Positions 1 to 9,754 of a DNA stretch of 64,000 nt are shown here, piece by piece. The stretch covers positions 10,328-74,327 of the forward strand of contig CAINDO010000561.1 of the NCBI GenBank assembly GCA_903847385.1, in the 5' to 3' direction. How positions within the stretch are numbered: position 1 is the first letter of the stretch; each line of letters begins with the position of its first letter. The notes below the pieces were generated by a model that was given only the letters and a program-made list of their open reading frames with translations, was not told where the DNA came from and did no database searches. Position numbers and translations under genes: made by a program. Source of the stretch: an uncultured Myxococcales bacterium (GTDB lineage: Bacteria; Myxococcota_A; Bradymonadia; UBA7976; UBA1532).

Positions 1-2
1 AC

Positions 3-431
3 GGCGGCAAGGTGCGCGGGCGCCTGCGCCGCGTGCTCCCCGTGCGGTGGGACCTGTGGGCCGAGGAGATGCGGCGCGAGCCCGGCGGCCAGGCCGACTT
101 CGAGACGCAGCGCTGGCCGTCGCTCGAGGCCTTCATCGACGCCGTCGCCCGCGCCGACGCCGTGGCGATGGGCGAGCGCATCCGGGCGGACGAGAAGGTC
201 TTCTTCGTGGACGCCCGTGTCGAGCTGAACCCCTGGTCGGTGCAGGCCAAGACCCTGCCGCCCGAGGTGGGCGGAGGCCAGGGCGCCGGCGCCGCCCCCG
301 AGGCGATGTTCGACGCGTTTTTGCACTGGGCCGAGGACGGCCGACCGGGCAAGGCCGAGCGCGCGTTCTCGACCCGGGGCCACCCGTTCCGCGCGGATCG
401 GTTGCCGACTTTCAAGTCGGCCCCCCGATGA
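3..431 (+). CDS. hypothetical protein, 5'-truncated by window start; C-terminal end only
   Basis: Open frame from window start to TGA at 429-431. Amino-acid composition looks protein-like, not Arg-rich junk. Its stop overlaps the ATG of the downstream kinase (ATGA at 428-431), suggesting translational coupling. Confidence 0.45.
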   Translation, partial: GGKVRGRLRRVLPVRWDLWAEEMRREPGGQADFETQRWPSLEAFIDAVARADAVAMGERIRADEKVFFVDARVELNPWSVQAKTLPPEVGGGQGAGAAPEAMFDAFLHWAEDGRPGKAERAFSTRGHPFRADRLPTFKSAPR

Positions 432-2062
432 AGCTCACGTTCGGGCGCCTCGCCCCGAAGCTGCTGCTGCTCATGCTGCTCATGGCCGGCGTGCCGCTGC
501 TCGTGGCCTGGGGGCTCTCGGCGCGGCTTTTCGACCGCAGCCTGGGCGCAGGGCTCAATCCCGAGATCGGGCGGGCCCTGTCGGACGCCGTCGAGGTGTT
601 CGGCGAGCGCATCCGGGCCGAGAAGGCGCACCACCGCGCGGTCGCCGCCGGGTTGGCCGATGGCGCGCGCCTGCAGTTCGCCCTGCGCACGGGCGACCAC
701 GAGACCGCCGACCGCCTGCTCGACGCCGCGCTGGCGACGCCCGGGGCCCTGGCCGTGCGGCTCCGCCCCGTGGCCGACCGGGTCTTGCCCGAGCACACGC
801 GGGCCGTCGCGGCCCCGGCCCCGGACTGGCTGCGCGAGACCGTCTCACTGGCCCTGCCGGCGGACACGGGCTACGACCGCGTGGAATACACCTTCGGCCT
901 CGACCCCGCGTACCTGCAGCGCTTCCAGCGGATGGAGGCCGAGGTCATCACACCTTTCAATACACTCGAGGCCGACCGCGAGCGCCGAGCCTCGCTCTAC
1001 GCCTGGAGTTTCGTGGGCACGCTCGCCGCCGCCATCCTGGGCGCCGGCGCCATCGCGCTCATCGCCGGCGGCCGCGTCACGCGGCGCATCTATCGCCTGC
1101 AACGTGCCATGACACGGGTCGCCGCCGGTCGCTTCGACACACGCGTCGTCGTCTCCGGGCACGACGAGGTCACCGAGCTGATGACCGGCTTCAACCGGAT
1201 GACCGAGCAGCTGCAGGAGGGCCGCGCGCGCATCGAATACCTCACCCAGATTTCGGCCTGGCAGGGCATCGCGCGGCGGATGGCCCACGAGATCAAGAAC
1301 CCGCTCACGCCGATCCTGCTCTCCGTCCAGCAGGCCGAGAGCGCCTACCGCGGCGACGACGCCCAGCATCGACGCACGCTGGGCACCATGCGCACGATCG
1401 TCGAGCAGGAGGTCCAGACGCTGCGCCGCCTGGTGGACGCGTTCAGCCAGTTCGCCCAGTTGCCCCAGGTGCAGCGGGCGCCGACGGACCTCGCCGCCCT
1501 GTGTCGTGACGTCGTCGCCGCCCACCCCGAGATCGCCGGCCTGCGCGTGGAGGCCCCGAACGCCCCGGTGATGGCCCATGCCGACGCCGGCCTGCTCCGG
1601 CAGGCGTTGACCAACCTGATCAACAACGCCGCCCAGGCCATCGCCGGCGCCAGCGGGCGCGCCACGCCGAGCATCGGCCTCCGGTGCACGCAGACATCGA
1701 CCGGCGTCGAGCTCGCGGTGATCGACAACGGCCCCGGCGTGCCCGAGTCGGCGCGCGAGCGCATCTTCGAGCCCTACGTGACCGGCCGGGTCGACGGCAC
1801 GGGCCTGGGCCTGGCCATCGTGAAGCGCATCGCGCTGGATCACGAGGGGACGGTCGAGGTCGCGGCCCCCCCGGAGGGCGGTTCGGTGTTCCGCCTCTTC
1901 CTCCCGGCGCCCGGTTCGGCGACGATGGCGGACGCCGGTGACGAAGCGCGAGACAGCGACGCCACCGGCGGGGTCACAGCCTCCCGGGGACACGTCACCG
2001 GACAGCTCGATGCAGAGAGAGTCGCAGGTCGCGCCGTTGGACGAGAGCACCGCAGGTCGTGA
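428..2062 (+). CDS. sensor histidine kinase (membrane anchor, HAMP linker, HisKA, HATPase_c)
   Basis: MKLTFGRLAPKLLLLMLLMAGVPLLV N-terminal TM segment; HAMP-like linker; H-box 'MAHEIKNPLTPI'; N/G-box 'NLINNAAQA ... DNGPGVPE ... GTGLGLAIVKRIA'. The ORF-track start at 47 is an Arg-rich alternate-start extension; ATG at 428 is preferred. Confidence 0.85.
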   Translation: MKLTFGRLAPKLLLLMLLMAGVPLLVAWGLSARLFDRSLGAGLNPEIGRALSDAVEVFGERIRAEKAHHRAVAAGLADGARLQFALRTGDHETADRLLDAALATPGALAVRLRPVADRVLPEHTRAVAAPAPDWLRETVSLALPADTGYDRVEYTFGLDPAYLQRFQRMEAEVITPFNTLEADRERRASLYAWSFVGTLAAAILGAGAIALIAGGRVTRRIYRLQRAMTRVAAGRFDTRVVVSGHDEVTELMTGFNRMTEQLQEGRARIEYLTQISAWQGIARRMAHEIKNPLTPILLSVQQAESAYRGDDAQHRRTLGTMRTIVEQEVQTLRRLVDAFSQFAQLPQVQRAPTDLAALCRDVVAAHPEIAGLRVEAPNAPVMAHADAGLLRQALTNLINNAAQAIAGASGRATPSIGLRCTQTSTGVELAVIDNGPGVPESARERIFEPYVTGRVDGTGLGLAIVKRIALDHEGTVEVAAPPEGGSVFRLFLPAPGSATMADAGDEARDSDATGGVTASRGHVTGQLDAERVAGRAVGREHRRS

Positions 2063-2063
2063 C

Positions 2064-4556
2064 ATGTCGGCGACGCGCCCGTCCGAGCGGGCGCTGCGCA
2101 CGTCGACCTGGACACTCGCGGCCGTCGTGGTCGTGGCGCCGCTGCTGATTGGCGGCGCCCGGCCGGACCACCAGCTCTGGCTGTCGTTCGCGGCGGTGGC
2201 CGCGTTCTGCTTCACGGCCTGGACGCGGGTGGGCCACCGGATGCGCTTTCGCTGGCCCCTGTGGCCCTTCGCCGCGCTCTGCGTGCTGGGCGTGCTTCAG
2301 CTCCTGCCGCTGCCCGCGTCCGTGCTCGCCGCCCTCTCGCCCCGGGCGCACGAGCTCTTCGGCTACACGCTCGGCGATCTCGGGCTCTATGGCCCGGAGG
2401 CCGGACACGCCCTCTCCGTCGATCCGCCGTCGACGCTGCTCGCCACGGTCCATCAGCTCGGGTTTCTGGGGGTGGCCTGGGCGGCCGCCGAGGTGCCGCG
2501 GGGCTTCCGCCGCCACCTGGAGAACGCGCTGCTCTACGGCCCCGCGCTCGTCGCCGTGATCGGCTTCGTGCACCTCGCGTTCAGCTTCTCGACGATCTTC
2601 GGCTTCTACGCGCCCCTGAACGGCAGCCCGCTGCACGGGTACTTCTCCACCTTCGTCAACAACAACACGCTGGCGGCTCTCCTGGCCATGGGCACGCTCG
2701 TCGGGCTCGGGCAGGCCGCCGACACGGACGACACGGCCACGCAACGTCGAAGCCTGACCGCGGCGGCGCTCTGCGCGGCGGGCGTGTTCTTCAGCGCGTC
2801 GCGCGGCGGACAGGTCGCACTGCTCGCGGGCCTGGCCTGCTTCGCGGTGTTCGCGCACCTGCCGGGGCCGGACAGCGGGGACGCGCGCCACGAGCGGGCG
2901 CGCTCGCTCTCGCGGGTGGGCATGCTGCTGTCCGTCGTCGGCCTGGCGATGGCGGTGATGCTGCTGCCCGACTGGTCGCGCACCCCCTGGCAGAACCTGG
3001 GCGCGGAGAACAAGTTCGCCGCCTGGCCCGCCGCGGTCGAGTACGCCGGCGACTTCCCTCTCTTCGGCAGCGGGCGCGGCACCTTCGCGGTCACCTATCC
3101 GCTGTTCCAGTCGCTGCGCATGCCCAGCCTCGTGTCGCACCCGGAGAACATCGTCCTTCAGTTCCTCTGTGAGTGGGGCGTCGTGGGCGCGCTGGTGGCG
3201 CTGCTGGGCGGCCTCGCGGCCTGGCTGGCCTCGGCCCGCACCGCGGCCGGCAGCGAGGCGCGCCCCCGGCATTGGGGCCTGCTGGCGGGCCTGGCCGCGG
3301 TCGGTCTGGCGCAGCTCGCGGACTTCGGCCTCGAGGCCGCCGGCCTGGCCCTGCCCACCGCCGCGGCGTTCGGGCTGTGCGTCGCCCGCGTGCGCCGCGT
3401 TCGACGCCCCGCCACATGGTTCCGGGCCCGGCTGCCGCTCATCGCGGGCGTGGCGGGGGTCCTCACCCTGGCGCTGGTCGCGTGGCGGGGTCCCGTCGCG
3501 CTGGCCGCCCTGCCCGACCGGGCCATCGCCGAGCTGGAGGCCGCCCCGGCCGAGCCGGAGGCGATCCTGCGCGTCGCCACGGCGGCCGCCCCCCAGCACC
3601 CGGCGGACGCGTTCTTCGCGCTCAAGACGGCGCAGCGGCTCGTCGCGGCCCACGACGCCGACTTCCAGCGCGTGATGCGCTGGCTGAACCGGGCGCTGTT
3701 CCTGGCGCCCAACGGCGGCGAGGCGCGCCTCCTCGCGGCCCGCGTGCTCGCCCGGCGCGGCCTGTGGGCCCAGTCGGCCGACGAGTACCGCGCAGCGATG
3801 GAGGTCCTGCCCTGGGAGCTGATCCCGTTGATTCGCGAGGTCGCGGCGCGGTTCCCCAAGCCGGAGTTCGTGGTGCGCGCCACGGCGCAGACGCCGGAAC
3901 ATCGACGCGCGCTGGGCAACCGCCTGCTCACCGAGCGGTCGAACGCCTTCGCGCGGGAGGCCATCCGCGTGATGGAGGAGAGCACCCCGAACGACCCGGA
4001 TTTGATCGGGCTGCGGGCGCGCGCGTGCCTCGCGCTGGCCGACCTCGTCTGTGTCCGCGGCGCCGCCGACGCCCTGGAGAGCAACGGGCGCCCTCTCTTC
4101 GCGGCGACGCTGCGCGCACGGGTGGCGCTCCGGGAAGCCCGGCCGGACGACGCCCGGGCGCTCCTCGAAGGCGTCCGCGCGCTCGGCGCACGCGACCGCG
4201 ACTTCCTGCGCTCGGCCGCGACGCTCTATCGCGACATGGGTGACCTGAAGACCGCCCGCGAGTACCTGGACAAACTCTGGCCGATGGTCGCCCTGGAGCC
4301 CCGCCAGGCGGCCTCGGTGCTGGCCCAGCGCGCCTGGGCCGAGATGCGCCTGGGGGACGCCCAGCTCGCGCTCGTCGGGTTCGAGCGCGCCTGGCGCATG
4401 CACCCGGCCAAGGCCTACGCCCAGGGTCTGCGCGCCGCCGCCCGGAAGGCGGGCCATCCCGAATCCGCAGACGCGATCTTGCGGGAGCACCCACAGGGTG
4501 GTCTGGACGACCCCGAAGCCGCCGACCCCGAACCGACCGCCGCCACGACCGATTGA
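2064..4556 (+). CDS. O-antigen ligase/polymerase (Wzy_C) family polytopic membrane protein with C-terminal TPR-like domain
   Basis: Multiple TM segments. Wzy_C-type motifs 'NNNTLAALLAMG', 'SRGGQVALLAGL', 'HPENIVLQFLCEWGVVGAL'. C-terminal ~350 aa are helical-repeat (TPR-like). ATG at 2064 sits directly after the kinase stop at 2060-2062; an alternative start at 1938 would overlap the kinase. Confidence 0.75.
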   Translation: MSATRPSERALRTSTWTLAAVVVVAPLLIGGARPDHQLWLSFAAVAAFCFTAWTRVGHRMRFRWPLWPFAALCVLGVLQLLPLPASVLAALSPRAHELFGYTLGDLGLYGPEAGHALSVDPPSTLLATVHQLGFLGVAWAAAEVPRGFRRHLENALLYGPALVAVIGFVHLAFSFSTIFGFYAPLNGSPLHGYFSTFVNNNTLAALLAMGTLVGLGQAADTDDTATQRRSLTAAALCAAGVFFSASRGGQVALLAGLACFAVFAHLPGPDSGDARHERARSLSRVGMLLSVVGLAMAVMLLPDWSRTPWQNLGAENKFAAWPAAVEYAGDFPLFGSGRGTFAVTYPLFQSLRMPSLVSHPENIVLQFLCEWGVVGALVALLGGLAAWLASARTAAGSEARPRHWGLLAGLAAVGLAQLADFGLEAAGLALPTAAAFGLCVARVRRVRRPATWFRARLPLIAGVAGVLTLALVAWRGPVALAALPDRAIAELEAAPAEPEAILRVATAAAPQHPADAFFALKTAQRLVAAHDADFQRVMRWLNRALFLAPNGGEARLLAARVLARRGLWAQSADEYRAAMEVLPWELIPLIREVAARFPKPEFVVRATAQTPEHRRALGNRLLTERSNAFAREAIRVMEESTPNDPDLIGLRARACLALADLVCVRGAADALESNGRPLFAATLRARVALREARPDDARALLEGVRALGARDRDFLRSAATLYRDMGDLKTAREYLDKLWPMVALEPRQAASVLAQRAWAEMRLGDAQLALVGFERAWRMHPAKAYAQGLRAAARKAGHPESADAILREHPQGGLDDPEAADPEPTAATTD

Positions 4557-4609
4557 TGCCCCGAGCCACGGCGCGTATAAAGCGCCGGCCGCCCCGCCCC
4601 GAGAGTCCG

Positions 4610-5836
4610 ATGCACGTTCTCCTGCTCGCCCTGAACTACTGGCCCGACAAACTCGGCAACGCCCCCCTCATGGTGGGCATGTGCGAGGGTCTGGTCCGCC
4701 TCGGTCATCGCGTGACCGTGGTCTGTGCGTTCCCGCACCACGAGACCGGCCGCATCGAGGCGCCCTACCGGGGTCGCCTCTTCCAGCGCGACCACCACAA
4801 CGGCGTGGACATCCTGCGGACCTATATTTATGCGGGCGAACACGGCACGGCGGCCAAGATGGCCAACTACGCCTCGTTCACCGCCGCCGCGCTCGCCGCC
4901 GCCGCCACCGTGCGGGACGTCGACGTGATCTTCACGCCCTCCCCGCCGCTGACGCTCGGCATCGTCGACCACGCACTCGGGACGGCCCGGCGCATCCCCT
5001 GGGTCTACAATCTTCAAGATCTCTTCCCCGAGGCCGCCGTGCGCCTCGGCGTCTTGAAGAACCCCAAGGTGATCAAGGGCTTCGAACAGCTCGAGGCCTG
5101 GGTCTACCGCAAGGCGACCCGCCTCTGCGTCATCAGCGAGAGCTTCCGCCAGTACCTGCTCTCGAAGGGCGTGCCCGACGACAAGATCTCCATCGTCGAG
5201 AACTACACGGACACGGACCTGATCGTACCGACCCCGACCGCCGGCAACCCCTTCCGGGCCGAGCTCGGCCTGGACGACCGCTTCGTGGTGCAGTTCAGCG
5301 GGCGCATGGGCTACAGCCAGGGCCTCGAGGTCCTGGTCGAGGCCATGCCGCTCCTGGACGACCTGCCGGACCTGCACTGGATGCTCTGTGGAGACGGCCA
5401 GGCCCGCGAGATGCTCGAGACGGCCGTCACCGGCCGGAGCAACGCCACGCTGCTGCCCACCCAGCCCCGCGAGCGCCTGTGCGACCTGCTCAACGCCGCG
5501 GACGTAGGCCTCGCGCCCTTGCGGCACGGCATGGCGGGCACCAGCGTGCCCAGCAAGATCTTCGGCATCCTGGCCTCGGGCCGCCCCGTCGTCGCCGGGG
5601 TGGACGCCGGCAGCGACACGGATGTGATGGTCCGGCGGGCCGACTGTGGCGAGATCGTGCCGCCCGAGGACGCGCAGGCCCTGGCCGCGGCGATCCGCCG
5701 GCTGCACGGCGACCGCGAGCGCGCGCGGCGCCTGGGTGAGAACGGGCGCCGGCACGTCGTGTCGCACCATAGCCAGGCGGCGACGGTCGCGCGGTACGAG
5801 CGGATGCTGCTCGACGTCGTCGCGCGGGGGCGCTGA
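4610..5836 (+). CDS. family 4 glycosyltransferase (WcaI-like)
   Basis: GT-B fold, GT4-like sequence ('MHVLLLALNYWPDKLGNAPL...', C-terminal 'LEAMPLL...GTSVPSKIFGILASGRPVV' E-x7-E region). ATG at 4610 chosen over the track's upstream alternate start. Confidence 0.85.
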   Translation: MHVLLLALNYWPDKLGNAPLMVGMCEGLVRLGHRVTVVCAFPHHETGRIEAPYRGRLFQRDHHNGVDILRTYIYAGEHGTAAKMANYASFTAAALAAAATVRDVDVIFTPSPPLTLGIVDHALGTARRIPWVYNLQDLFPEAAVRLGVLKNPKVIKGFEQLEAWVYRKATRLCVISESFRQYLLSKGVPDDKISIVENYTDTDLIVPTPTAGNPFRAELGLDDRFVVQFSGRMGYSQGLEVLVEAMPLLDDLPDLHWMLCGDGQAREMLETAVTGRSNATLLPTQPRERLCDLLNAADVGLAPLRHGMAGTSVPSKIFGILASGRPVVAGVDAGSDTDVMVRRADCGEIVPPEDAQALAAAIRRLHGDRERARRLGENGRRHVVSHHSQAATVARYERMLLDVVARGR

Positions 5837-5841
5837 CCGAC

Positions 5842-7764
5842 ATGTGTGGCCTGGTCGGATACATCGGGGCGACCCCGCCCGTGGACCGCGCGGGCCTCGA
5901 GGCAATGCGCGACACGCTGGCCCACCGCGGCCCCGATGGCGCCGGCCTGTACACCCACGCGGACGCGGACGTCGCCGTCGGCCTCGGCTTCCGGCGGCTC
6001 TCGATCATCGACACGCGCACCGTCGGCCTGCAGCCCATGCACAATGAGGACGAGCGGCTCACGCTGGTCTTCAACGGCGAGATCTACAACTTCGCGGCGC
6101 TCCGGCAGGAGCTCGAGGCCACGGGGCGGCACACGTTCCGCACGCGAACGGACACCGAGGTCATCCTGCACCTGTACGAGGAGTGCGGGCCCGCCGTCGT
6201 GGAGCGGCTCGAGGGCATGTTCGCCTTCGCTTTGTGGGATGCCCGCGAGCGGCAGTTGCTCCTGGCCCGCGACCGCATGGGCAAGAAGCCCCTGCACTAC
6301 GGCACGGACGCCGCGGGCGCGCTGATTTTCGGCAGTGAGATCAAGGCGTTGATGGCCTCGGGCCGCCTGCCGGACACGCTGGATCTCCAGGCGCATCACG
6401 ACTACCTGGCGCTGAACTACGTGCCCGGCGAGCAGACGATGTTCGCCGCCGTGCGCAAGCTGCCGCCGGCCCACGCGCTGCTCTGGAAGGACGGCCGCGT
6501 ACGCACGTGGCGCTACTGGGACGTCCGCTTCCACAGCGAGGCGAGCCCCCCCGCGCGGGTCCCGAGCGAGGGCGAGGCCGCCCGGCAGACCCTCGATCTG
6601 CTGCGCGCCGCGGTGCGCGACCGCCTCGTGTCGGACGTGCCGCTCGGCATGTTCCTGTCCGGCGGCATCGACTCCAGCGCGGTGCTCCTGTGCATGGCCG
6701 AGGCCTCGCCCCGGCCCGTCGAGGCCTTCACCATCCGGTTCGAGGAGGCCAGCTACGACGAGTCGAAGCAGGCCGCCCGCGTGGCGAAGCAGTTCGGCGC
6801 GCACCACCACGTCGAGACCGTGCGGCCCGAGGCGGGCACGTTCCTGGCGCCCCTGGTGGACGCGCTGGACGAGCCGTACGCCGACAGCTCGGCCATCCCG
6901 CTCTGGTACCTGTCGCGGCTGGCCCGCCGGCACGTGACCGTCGCCCTCGGCGGCGACGGCGGCGACGAGCTCTACGCCGGCTACCGTACGCACAAGGCGC
7001 TGCGCCTCGCCCAGCTCTGGCGTCGGCTGCCCGCCGTGCTGCGGGAGACGCTGGCGCCTGCGCTCATCGCCCGACTGCCCGTGAGCCACCGCAAGGTCAG
7101 CTTCGACCTGAAGGCCCGCCAGTTCGTGCGCTCCGCCGGCCTCCCCCCGCCGGACGCCCACTACGGCTACAAGGAGTTCCTGGACGAGGACGCCCGCCGC
7201 GCGCTCACGCGCCTCGACGCGGACCCGTCCGCGGTCGAGCCCACCGTGCGCCTGTGGCGCGCCGCCTGTGCCGCGCACCCCTTCGGCGATCCGCTCGACG
7301 CGATCCTGTACAGCGACCTGCAGCTCTACCTGCCCGACGACATCCTGGTGAAGGTCGACCGCATCACGATGGCCCACAGCCTCGAGGCGCGCTCGCCGTT
7401 CCTCGACCGGCGCCTCGTCGAACATGCGGCGTCCCTGCCCGGGCGCTACAAGTTGCTCGGCACGCGCACCAAACACCTGCTCAAGCGCGCGCTGTGGGGC
7501 AAGCTGCCCCTCTCCATCCTCGAACGCGGCAAGGCCGGGTTCAACGTGCCCATGGCCACGTGGCTCAATGGCGAGCTGCGCACGCTGCTGCGAGACACGT
7601 TGTCCTCGGCCAGGGTCCAAGCGATGGGGCTCTGGTCTCCGGCCGCCGTCGACCGAATGATCGAGGCCCACGCCCGAAAAGAACGCGACCACAGCCGAAC
7701 GCTCTGGGCCCTGCTATGCTTCGCGGCCTGGAACGATCGGCATCGAGGAGGCCGTTCCCTTTGA
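5842..7764 (+). CDS. asnB: asparagine synthetase (glutamine-hydrolysing) AsnB-family amidotransferase
   Basis: N-terminal 'MCGLVGYIG' Ntn-Cys, 'SGGIDSS' PP-loop, 640 aa. This family is common in EPS loci. Confidence 0.9.
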   Translation: MCGLVGYIGATPPVDRAGLEAMRDTLAHRGPDGAGLYTHADADVAVGLGFRRLSIIDTRTVGLQPMHNEDERLTLVFNGEIYNFAALRQELEATGRHTFRTRTDTEVILHLYEECGPAVVERLEGMFAFALWDARERQLLLARDRMGKKPLHYGTDAAGALIFGSEIKALMASGRLPDTLDLQAHHDYLALNYVPGEQTMFAAVRKLPPAHALLWKDGRVRTWRYWDVRFHSEASPPARVPSEGEAARQTLDLLRAAVRDRLVSDVPLGMFLSGGIDSSAVLLCMAEASPRPVEAFTIRFEEASYDESKQAARVAKQFGAHHHVETVRPEAGTFLAPLVDALDEPYADSSAIPLWYLSRLARRHVTVALGGDGGDELYAGYRTHKALRLAQLWRRLPAVLRETLAPALIARLPVSHRKVSFDLKARQFVRSAGLPPPDAHYGYKEFLDEDARRALTRLDADPSAVEPTVRLWRAACAAHPFGDPLDAILYSDLQLYLPDDILVKVDRITMAHSLEARSPFLDRRLVEHAASLPGRYKLLGTRTKHLLKRALWGKLPLSILERGKAGFNVPMATWLNGELRTLLRDTLSSARVQAMGLWSPAAVDRMIEAHARKERDHSRTLWALLCFAAWNDRHRGGRSL

Positions 7765-7787
7765 GTCGTCGTGCCGTCAGCAGACCG

Positions 7788-9716
7788 ATGCCGACCCTCG
7801 CGCCCGCCCGCCCCAGCGGCGAGCGCGCGGTCCGGGCGTACTTTCCCAGCACGGCCGAGCTGCCTGCCAAACCCGTCTACGAGGCGGTGACGCGGGTCTA
7901 CAACTTCCTCGGCGCGCTCGTGGGCATTCTGCTGCTCTCGCCGCTGCTCATCGGCATCGCCGTCGCCGTCAAGGTGACCTCGCCCGGGCCGGCGCTCTAT
8001 CGCGGCGCGCGGGTCGGTCGCCACGAGCAGCCCTTCCACATCTTCAAGTTCCGCACGATGCACACCGGCGCGGAGCAGAAGATCGGCAAGCGCCTCGTCC
8101 AGCAGACGGAGAACCACTTCACGCCCATCGGCAAGTTCCTGCGCCGCTACCGGCTCGATGAGCTCGCGCAGCTCTTCAACATGCTCAAGGGCGACATGAA
8201 CCTGGTCGGTCCGCGACCCATCCGACCGATCTTCCTCGAGGACCACAAGAAGACCGTCCCCGGCTACGCCAAGCGGTTCTTCGTGCGTCCGGGCATCACG
8301 GGCAAGGCGCAGGTGCGCGGCGGCTACTACACCTCGCCCCGGCACAAGCTGTTCTACGAGGTCATCTACATCCGCAACCGCGGCGTCTGGATGGACCTGA
8401 ACCTGATCGTGCTGACCTTCCTGCGGGTGATGAACCGCATCTTCACGACGGGATTCCTCCTGGCGTGGCTCCTTTTGCTCGCTCTGGTGCTCCCGAGCGA
8501 CATCCAGGCCGAGTTCACGATCCGCGTGGGCACGATGCCCCTGAACCTGATGTACATCCTGCCGCCGCTGATCGCGGCCTGGCACGTCTTCGGTCGCGAG
8601 GTCACGGACCAGCGGCTCTACGCGCTGCGGACGCCCGTCGACACGGCGCTCCTGGGTTTCCTGGCGGTCACGCTGTTCATCGTGCCCTTCAGCCGGGTGC
8701 CGCTCGAGGCCCTCAAGGGCCTGGGGTGGTACGTCTGCAACGGCGTCGTCATCTTCTACATCGTGCTGAACTCCCGGCTGGTGACGGAGCGGCGCACCAC
8801 GCTGATCAACACGCTGGTGTTCGGCGCCGCGCTGGCCGGGCTGCTCTCGGCGGACGTCCTCTGGGGGCACCTGAAGAACGCGAGCCATTCGGACATGCGC
8901 CTGGGGACGGGCGGTGTCGCCGTCGTCTTGTCGGCCCTGGGCATCGTCACCACGCCCCTGGCCCTCGCCCGCTTCGAACAGGCCCAGCGGCCCTGGCGCC
9001 GCGTCGCCTACCTGCTCGCGGCGGTCATCGTCGCCGGCACCACGCTCATGGCCTGGCGCCGCAGCGGTCTGCTCTTCCTGGCGCTGGCGCTGTTCCTGTA
9101 CTTCTGGCGCGAGCGACGCCGCCTCGCAGTCCTGGTCGGCCTCGCCTACACCGGCACGCTCGCGGCGCTCCTGGCCACCGGCACGGCCGGCTACCGCCCC
9201 GAGACCATCGCCGCCGACCTCACCGCCGATGTCGACCGCCAGGTGGTCGTCCTCGGCCACGTGCAGCCGCTCCGCCTCGCCGTGGGCGTGGGGGCGCGCG
9301 CCCTGCCCGCCCACGCGCAGAAGGACCAGAACGTCCGCAGCGCCGCCCGCAAGGACCGCGATCGCAACGAACGCGTGCCGCGGGTGCCCTCGCCCAACAA
9401 CACCTGGCTCACGCTGCTCGCCGAGCACGGCCTGCTCGGGTTCGCCTTCTTCGCGGCCTTCATGCTGCGCGGGCTGGGGCTCATGTGGCGGGCGACGGGG
9501 CGAATCACGGACACGAGCGCCCGCAAGGACCTCTGGGCCACGGTCGCGGGCCTCATCGGCTTCGCCGGGCTCATGTGTACGGCGGATCTCTTCTACCGCC
9601 TGCCGATGCTGCTCATCTTCTGGTGCGCCATGGGCCTCGGCATCGGCACGGCGCTCATGCACCAGCCCGGGCCGCGCACCTACTACCGGCTCGTTCACTA
9701 CCGCCACAAGCTCTGA
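7788..9716 (+). CDS. fusion protein: monotopic phosphoglycosyl transferase (bacterial sugar transferase domain) + C-terminal Wzy_C/O-antigen-ligase-like membrane domain
   Basis: N-terminal single TM followed by the sugar-transferase catalytic core ('HIFKFRTM...', 'NLVGPRP'). C-terminal ~420 aa are polytopic with the ligase/polymerase motif 'NNTWLTLLAEHGLLGF'. The track ORF 6507-9716 is a run-on in this frame across asnB; ATG 7788 (or TTG 7761) is the plausible start. Confidence 0.75.
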   Translation: MPTLAPARPSGERAVRAYFPSTAELPAKPVYEAVTRVYNFLGALVGILLLSPLLIGIAVAVKVTSPGPALYRGARVGRHEQPFHIFKFRTMHTGAEQKIGKRLVQQTENHFTPIGKFLRRYRLDELAQLFNMLKGDMNLVGPRPIRPIFLEDHKKTVPGYAKRFFVRPGITGKAQVRGGYYTSPRHKLFYEVIYIRNRGVWMDLNLIVLTFLRVMNRIFTTGFLLAWLLLLALVLPSDIQAEFTIRVGTMPLNLMYILPPLIAAWHVFGREVTDQRLYALRTPVDTALLGFLAVTLFIVPFSRVPLEALKGLGWYVCNGVVIFYIVLNSRLVTERRTTLINTLVFGAALAGLLSADVLWGHLKNASHSDMRLGTGGVAVVLSALGIVTTPLALARFEQAQRPWRRVAYLLAAVIVAGTTLMAWRRSGLLFLALALFLYFWRERRRLAVLVGLAYTGTLAALLATGTAGYRPETIAADLTADVDRQVVVLGHVQPLRLAVGVGARALPAHAQKDQNVRSAARKDRDRNERVPRVPSPNNTWLTLLAEHGLLGFAFFAAFMLRGLGLMWRATGRITDTSARKDLWATVAGLIGFAGLMCTADLFYRLPMLLIFWCAMGLGIGTALMHQPGPRTYYRLVHYRHKL

Positions 9717-9754
9717 GGCGGCCGCCCGCGGGCCCTTGCCGGCCGGGGCCGCGC

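Noticed and set aside
845-4490. Long minus-strand ORFs (845-2215, 456 aa; 1995-4490, 831 aa) antisense to the kinase and Wzy_C genes
   Set aside because: Extremely Arg/Gly/Pro/Ala-rich with no domain-like segments. This is the typical antisense open frame of ~70% GC coding DNA. The sense-strand genes have clear motifs.
6507-9716. 1069-aa track ORF spanning asnB and the PGT-Wzy_C gene
   Set aside because: The first ~1280 nt are an alternate frame inside asnB (Arg/Pro-rich). Only the segment from 7788 (or 7761) onward has real membrane-protein and sugar-transferase character.
9717-9754. GC-rich convergent intergenic segment between the PGT-Wzy_C gene and the methyltransferase gene as a bidirectional terminator
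   Set aside because: Only imperfect short inverted repeats and no U/A tracts. Insufficient to call.
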